Shown here: positions 60,405 through 64,000 of the stretch, one piece after another | Position numbering within the stretch: the first letter of the stretch is position 1 | Layout: each line of letters begins with the position of its first letter | Origin: an uncultured Pelagibacteraceae bacterium | GTDB lineage: Bacteria > Pseudomonadota > Alphaproteobacteria > Pelagibacterales > Pelagibacteraceae | DNA length: 64,000 bases | NCBI GenBank assembly: GCA_902523515.1 | Contig: CABYZT010000003.1 | Span: 4,368 to 68,367, forward strand | Direction: 5' to 3' | Position numbers and translations under genes: made by a program | Notes under the pieces: model-generated | Told to the model about the DNA's origin: nothing | Seen by the model: only the letters and a program-made list of their open reading frames with translations | Databases searched by the model: none

Positions 60405-61583
60405 TTATTTATTTTGCATTGAAAACTGAATTAGATCTATATTTTTTGACTTAAATCCTGCTTCACAATAAGAAAGGTAAAACTCCCACATTCTTTTAAA
60501 TGTTGAGTCAAAACCCTGATTTTTTATTAAATCCCATTTTTTTAAAAACTCATTTCTCCATATAGCCAATGTATTTGCATAATGATCAGCGTAAGAAATA
60601 TATGAATTAACAGTTAAACCATTGTCAGAAACGTATCGATTAATGCTATTTTTATTTGGCAAAAAACCACCTGGAAAAATATATTTTTGAATAAAATCTT
60701 GTTTGTTTTTATATCTATCAAATAACCTATCATCGATAGTAATTGCTTGAATAGCTGCTTTGCCACCATCAGATAAGTTATTTTTAATAGTTTTAAAATA
60801 ACCCTCTAAATAATTTTGACCAACTGCCTCAATCATCTCTATAGAAGCAATTGAATTGTATTTGCCTTTAAGATCTCTGTAATCTTTTATTTCAATATTT
60901 ACTTTTTCGTTTAAACCACAATTAAAAATTCTTTCTTTTGCGTATTCAAATTGTTTTTTTGATATTGTAATACAGTCTAGTTTAACATCGTATTTTTTAC
61001 CTAGATACTCGGCAAAACCTCCCCAACCACATCCAATTTCTAAAATTTTGTCACCATTATTTGGTTTAATTAGATCAATTAATTTTTGATATTTGTTATT
61101 TTGAGCATCTGATAGATTTTTTGATTTATCATCAAAAATAGCGCTAGAATATGTAAGTGTGTCGTCTAACCAAAGAGAAAAAAAATCATTACCTAGATCA
61201 TAATGTCTAGCAATATTTTCTTTGCTTCTGCTTTTTGTATTTTTAATAATTTTATTTTTTACAAAATTAATTATTGGAAAATCAAGAAGGCCTGAGAATT
61301 TATGTATTACTTCTATATTTCTTGCAGTTAATTCGATTAAATTTGATAAGTTATTAGTTTCAAATTCACCTCTCATGTAGCTCTCAGCAAATCCAATACT
61401 ACCACCTCTAATTAAATTATAATTAAAATCTGGTTTTTTGATTGAAATATTTGCATGCAATTTTTCATTTGGATTTCCAAACTTTAAAACTTTTCCGTCA
61501 TGTGTAGTAAGCTCTAGATAACCATAATTTATTTTATTAAGAAATTTAAAAACTAATTTATCTGCAGTGTTATTTAAAAACAT
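60405..61583 (-). CDS. Cyclopropane-fatty-acyl-phospholipid synthase-family SAM methyltransferase (UfaM-like)
   Basis: NIARHYDLGNDFF, TYSSA, LEIGCGWGG, SIEMIEAVG, YIFPGG, WEFYLSYCEAGF. Confidence 0.9.
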   Translation of the reverse strand: MFLNNTADKLVFKFLNKINYGYLELTTHDGKVLKFGNPNEKLHANISIKKPDFNYNLIRGGSIGFAESYMRGEFETNNLSNLIELTARNIEVIHKFSGLLDFPIINFVKNKIIKNTKSRSKENIARHYDLGNDFFSLWLDDTLTYSSAIFDDKSKNLSDAQNNKYQKLIDLIKPNNGDKILEIGCGWGGFAEYLGKKYDVKLDCITISKKQFEYAKERIFNCGLNEKVNIEIKDYRDLKGKYNSIASIEMIEAVGQNYLEGYFKTIKNNLSDGGKAAIQAITIDDRLFDRYKNKQDFIQKYIFPGGFLPNKNSINRYVSDNGLTVNSYISYADHYANTLAIWRNEFLKKWDLIKNQGFDSTFKRMWEFYLSYCEAGFKSKNIDLIQFSMQNK

Positions 61584-62347
61584 TAATTTTCTACTGTTAT
61601 ATTATTTTTAATTTTAAATTTTTTCTTAATTAATTTAATTCCTTTAAACCACAATTTAAACGCTTCAAAATGTATCGCAGAGATAATTTTAAATGTCATT
61701 AAAGGGTGTTTAAGATAAGAATTCATTAAGTTTTTACTTGTCAAAGCAGATCTTTCACCATCTTGAGATGCAAAAAGAATTTTTCCTTCTTGATCATATT
61801 GATTAATTACAACTGATAACTTCTGCTCTGGATTCAATATCCTAAAAAAATAATTACAATCCATTTCAATGAATGGTGAAACATGAAATTTTTTTGAGCA
61901 ATTATTTTGAATTAATTTATTTTGTCCCTCAACTTTAAAAACATATGTGTGTTGCTCACCAAATGTATTTTTAACCTCATATAATATAGAAATTAAATTA
62001 TCATTATTATCGTATACAAAAAAAATACTTAGTGGATTAAAAACATAACCAAATATTCTTGGATAGCATAAAAGTTTAACTTTTATATTATCTGTTGTGA
62101 TTTCGTTACTAATTAGATTTTTTTTTACCCACTCAAAAAGAGATGAACCATCACGGTCACCATGATCTTTTTCGTAAAAACTGATAAGATTAAATTTATT
62201 TAATGAAAAAAATTTTAATTTATTATTAAGCTCATTTAACTCTGATAGATCAATGAAAAGTGAAAATACTTTATATTTAAAAAAATGTTCTTTTGGTTTA
62301 AATCTCTTATGGATTACGTTTCCATTATATATACAAGAACTAATCAT
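61583..62347 (-). CDS. DUF1365-family protein (UfaO-like)
   Basis: HKRFKPKEHFFKY, PRIFGYVFNPLS, EVKNTFGEQHTY, KKFHVSPF, IHFEAFKLWFKG. Confidence 0.88.
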   Translation of the reverse strand: MISSCIYNGNVIHKRFKPKEHFFKYKVFSLFIDLSELNELNNKLKFFSLNKFNLISFYEKDHGDRDGSSLFEWVKKNLISNEITTDNIKVKLLCYPRIFGYVFNPLSIFFVYDNNDNLISILYEVKNTFGEQHTYVFKVEGQNKLIQNNCSKKFHVSPFIEMDCNYFFRILNPEQKLSVVINQYDQEGKILFASQDGERSALTSKNLMNSYLKHPLMTFKIISAIHFEAFKLWFKGIKLIKKKFKIKNNITVEN

Positions 62348-63578
62348 TAAGGTTTTTCAGCATTTCAAGAGATGATTTTATTCCATCTTCATGAAATCCG
62401 TAACCAAAATAACTGCCACAAAAAAGTAAATCTTTTTGATTTTGTATTTTAATAAGCTCTGATTGAGCATCTAATGCTTTTTGATCGTAATATGGATGTG
62501 TAAATTTTACTTTTTTCAATATTTTTTTCTCATCAATGTTGAAGTAAGGATTTAGTGTTAAGAAAATATTTTCATCACACTTTAAATTTTGCAATAAATT
62601 TAACCAGTAGGTTATTGAATTTTTCTCTAAATTCTTGTCATCTATTGATGAATTCCAAGAAGACCAAGCCTTTTTATTTTTTGGCATGGCACGCTGATCT
62701 GTATGTATGTAAGCTATATTTTCTTTGTAGCTAAAATTCGAAAGAATATTTCTCTCATCCTCAGTTGGATTTTCTATTATCTCTAAGGCTTCATCAGCAT
62801 GTGTTGCCAAAATAACCTTGTCGTAATCAAAAAATTCACTTTCTCCACCGTAATATAAATCTAGTCCTGACATTTTTCTTTTTATTTTTGTAACTTTATA
62901 ATTTTTATAATGTTCCCCACTTAATTGTGAAATTATTTTACTAACATAGGTTCTGCTTCTATTGGTTACTGTGTACCACTGTGGTCTATTTTTCAATTTA
63001 AACAAACCATGATTTTGGAAAAATCTAAGAAAAAAACTAATTGGCATTTTGCTTGCTTCATAAGGAGGCATAGACCAAATTGCAGATACCATTGGTATTA
63101 TATGATAATCAACAAATGTTTTGGATAATTTATTAATTTTTAAATATTCACCTAAGGTAATTTTGTCATTGGATATGATTGCTTGATCACTTTTTTTATA
63201 AAATTTAATTATATCAAAAAACATTTTTAAGAAATCAATGTTAAATAGATTTGATTTATTGCAGAAAATCCCACTCAATCCTTTTCCACAATATTCAAAT
63301 TTCGTATTATCTACTGAAACTGAAAAAGACATGTTGCTTTTTTCAATTTGAATATCATTTTCTTTAAAAAAATTAATTAAATTTGGATAAGTTTGAAAAT
63401 TAAAAACAATAAAGCCAATATCAACTGATACTTTTTTTTCATCAAAAAACAAATCTATAGTATGAGAATGTCCACCAAAATGGTCTTCTCTTTCGAAAAG
63501 ATCTACATGATGTTTTTTAGATAAATAATAAGCAGCACTTAGTCCAGAAATACCTGACCCAACGACAGCAATTTTCAT
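62340..63578 (-). CDS. FAD-dependent amine-oxidase-like oxidoreductase (UfaD-like)
   Basis: VVGSGISGL, GGHSHT, VDIGFIVFN...YPN, MSFSVS, AWSSWN, GYGFHEDG. Confidence 0.88.
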   Translation of the reverse strand: MKIAVVGSGISGLSAAYYLSKKHHVDLFEREDHFGGHSHTIDLFFDEKKVSVDIGFIVFNFQTYPNLINFFKENDIQIEKSNMSFSVSVDNTKFEYCGKGLSGIFCNKSNLFNIDFLKMFFDIIKFYKKSDQAIISNDKITLGEYLKINKLSKTFVDYHIIPMVSAIWSMPPYEASKMPISFFLRFFQNHGLFKLKNRPQWYTVTNRSRTYVSKIISQLSGEHYKNYKVTKIKRKMSGLDLYYGGESEFFDYDKVILATHADEALEIIENPTEDERNILSNFSYKENIAYIHTDQRAMPKNKKAWSSWNSSIDDKNLEKNSITYWLNLLQNLKCDENIFLTLNPYFNIDEKKILKKVKFTHPYYDQKALDAQSELIKIQNQKDLLFCGSYFGYGFHEDGIKSSLEMLKNLND

Positions 63579-63584
63579 TAATTA

Positions 63585-64000
63585 TTATGCTGCATCTTCT
63601 TTAAACTCATCCATACTTGGACAAGTACAAAAAATATTTTTATCTCCATACACGTTATCAACTCTTGCAACCGGAGGCCAAAATTTATTTGCTTTTAAGA
63701 ATTTTGCAGGATATGCAGCTTGCTCTCTTGAATATTTATGATTCCATTCATCTGAAGCTAATTCAATATCGGTGTGAGGTGCATTTTTAATAGGGTTATC
63801 AACTTTGTCAAACTTACCTGACTTAACCATATCTATTTCCTCTTTAATGCTAATCAATGTGTCACAAAATCTATCCAGTTCAGATAAACTCTCACTCTCT
63901 GTTGGTTCAATCATCATTGTTCCAGCAACTGGCCATGACATTGTTGGCGCATGAAATCCATAATCAATTAATCTTTTAGCTATATCTTCTTCTGAAATAC
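63585..64000 (-). CDS. gcvP: Glycine dehydrogenase (decarboxylating) P-protein, 3' end (partial)
   Basis: [32 protein letters not shown]...NAPHT...[15 protein letters not shown]. Confidence 0.97.
   Translation of the reverse strand, partial: ISEEDIAKRLIDYGFHAPTMSWPVAGTMMIEPTESESLSELDRFCDTLISIKEEIDMVKSGKFDKVDNPIKNAPHTDIELASDEWNHKYSREQAAYPAKFLKANKFWPPVARVDNVYGDKNIFCTCPSMDEFKEDAA

Overview
AT-rich, very compact bacterial chromosome segment. Gene content, gene order and tiny intergenic gaps point to a SAR11/Pelagibacterales alphaproteobacterium (inference). Positions 1-33.5 kb are mostly housekeeping genes: rne, thiGS, aroQ-accBC, aspS, purMN, ndk, pepA, lptFGD-surA-pdxA-rsmA, gmk, acpP-fabG-fabD, rpsF-rpsR-rplI-dnaB, purF and gshAB. 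Positions 33.5-48 kb are more accessory: transporters, a PhyH plus two Gfo/Idh/MocA genes, phosphatidylcholine synthase, two secreted proteins, and a creatinase-amidinotransferase operon. Positions 48-57.5 kb hold a Mo-formate dehydrogenase cluster. Positions 58.6-63.6 kb hold tspO plus a cluster resembling furan fatty acid biosynthesis genes, followed by the 3' end of gcvP. The strongest unexplained structure is a ~1.84 kb integrase-free islet (42677-44518) carrying an Lrp regulator and a DHDPS-like aldolase. It sits inside a small ORF and restores that ORF with a synonymously recoded 5' end. It also carries tandem decamer repeats and two copies of a 38-bp structured site that bracket the cargo. 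I saw no rRNA, tRNA or CRISPR array. All functional calls come from motif recognition by eye; no database searches were run.
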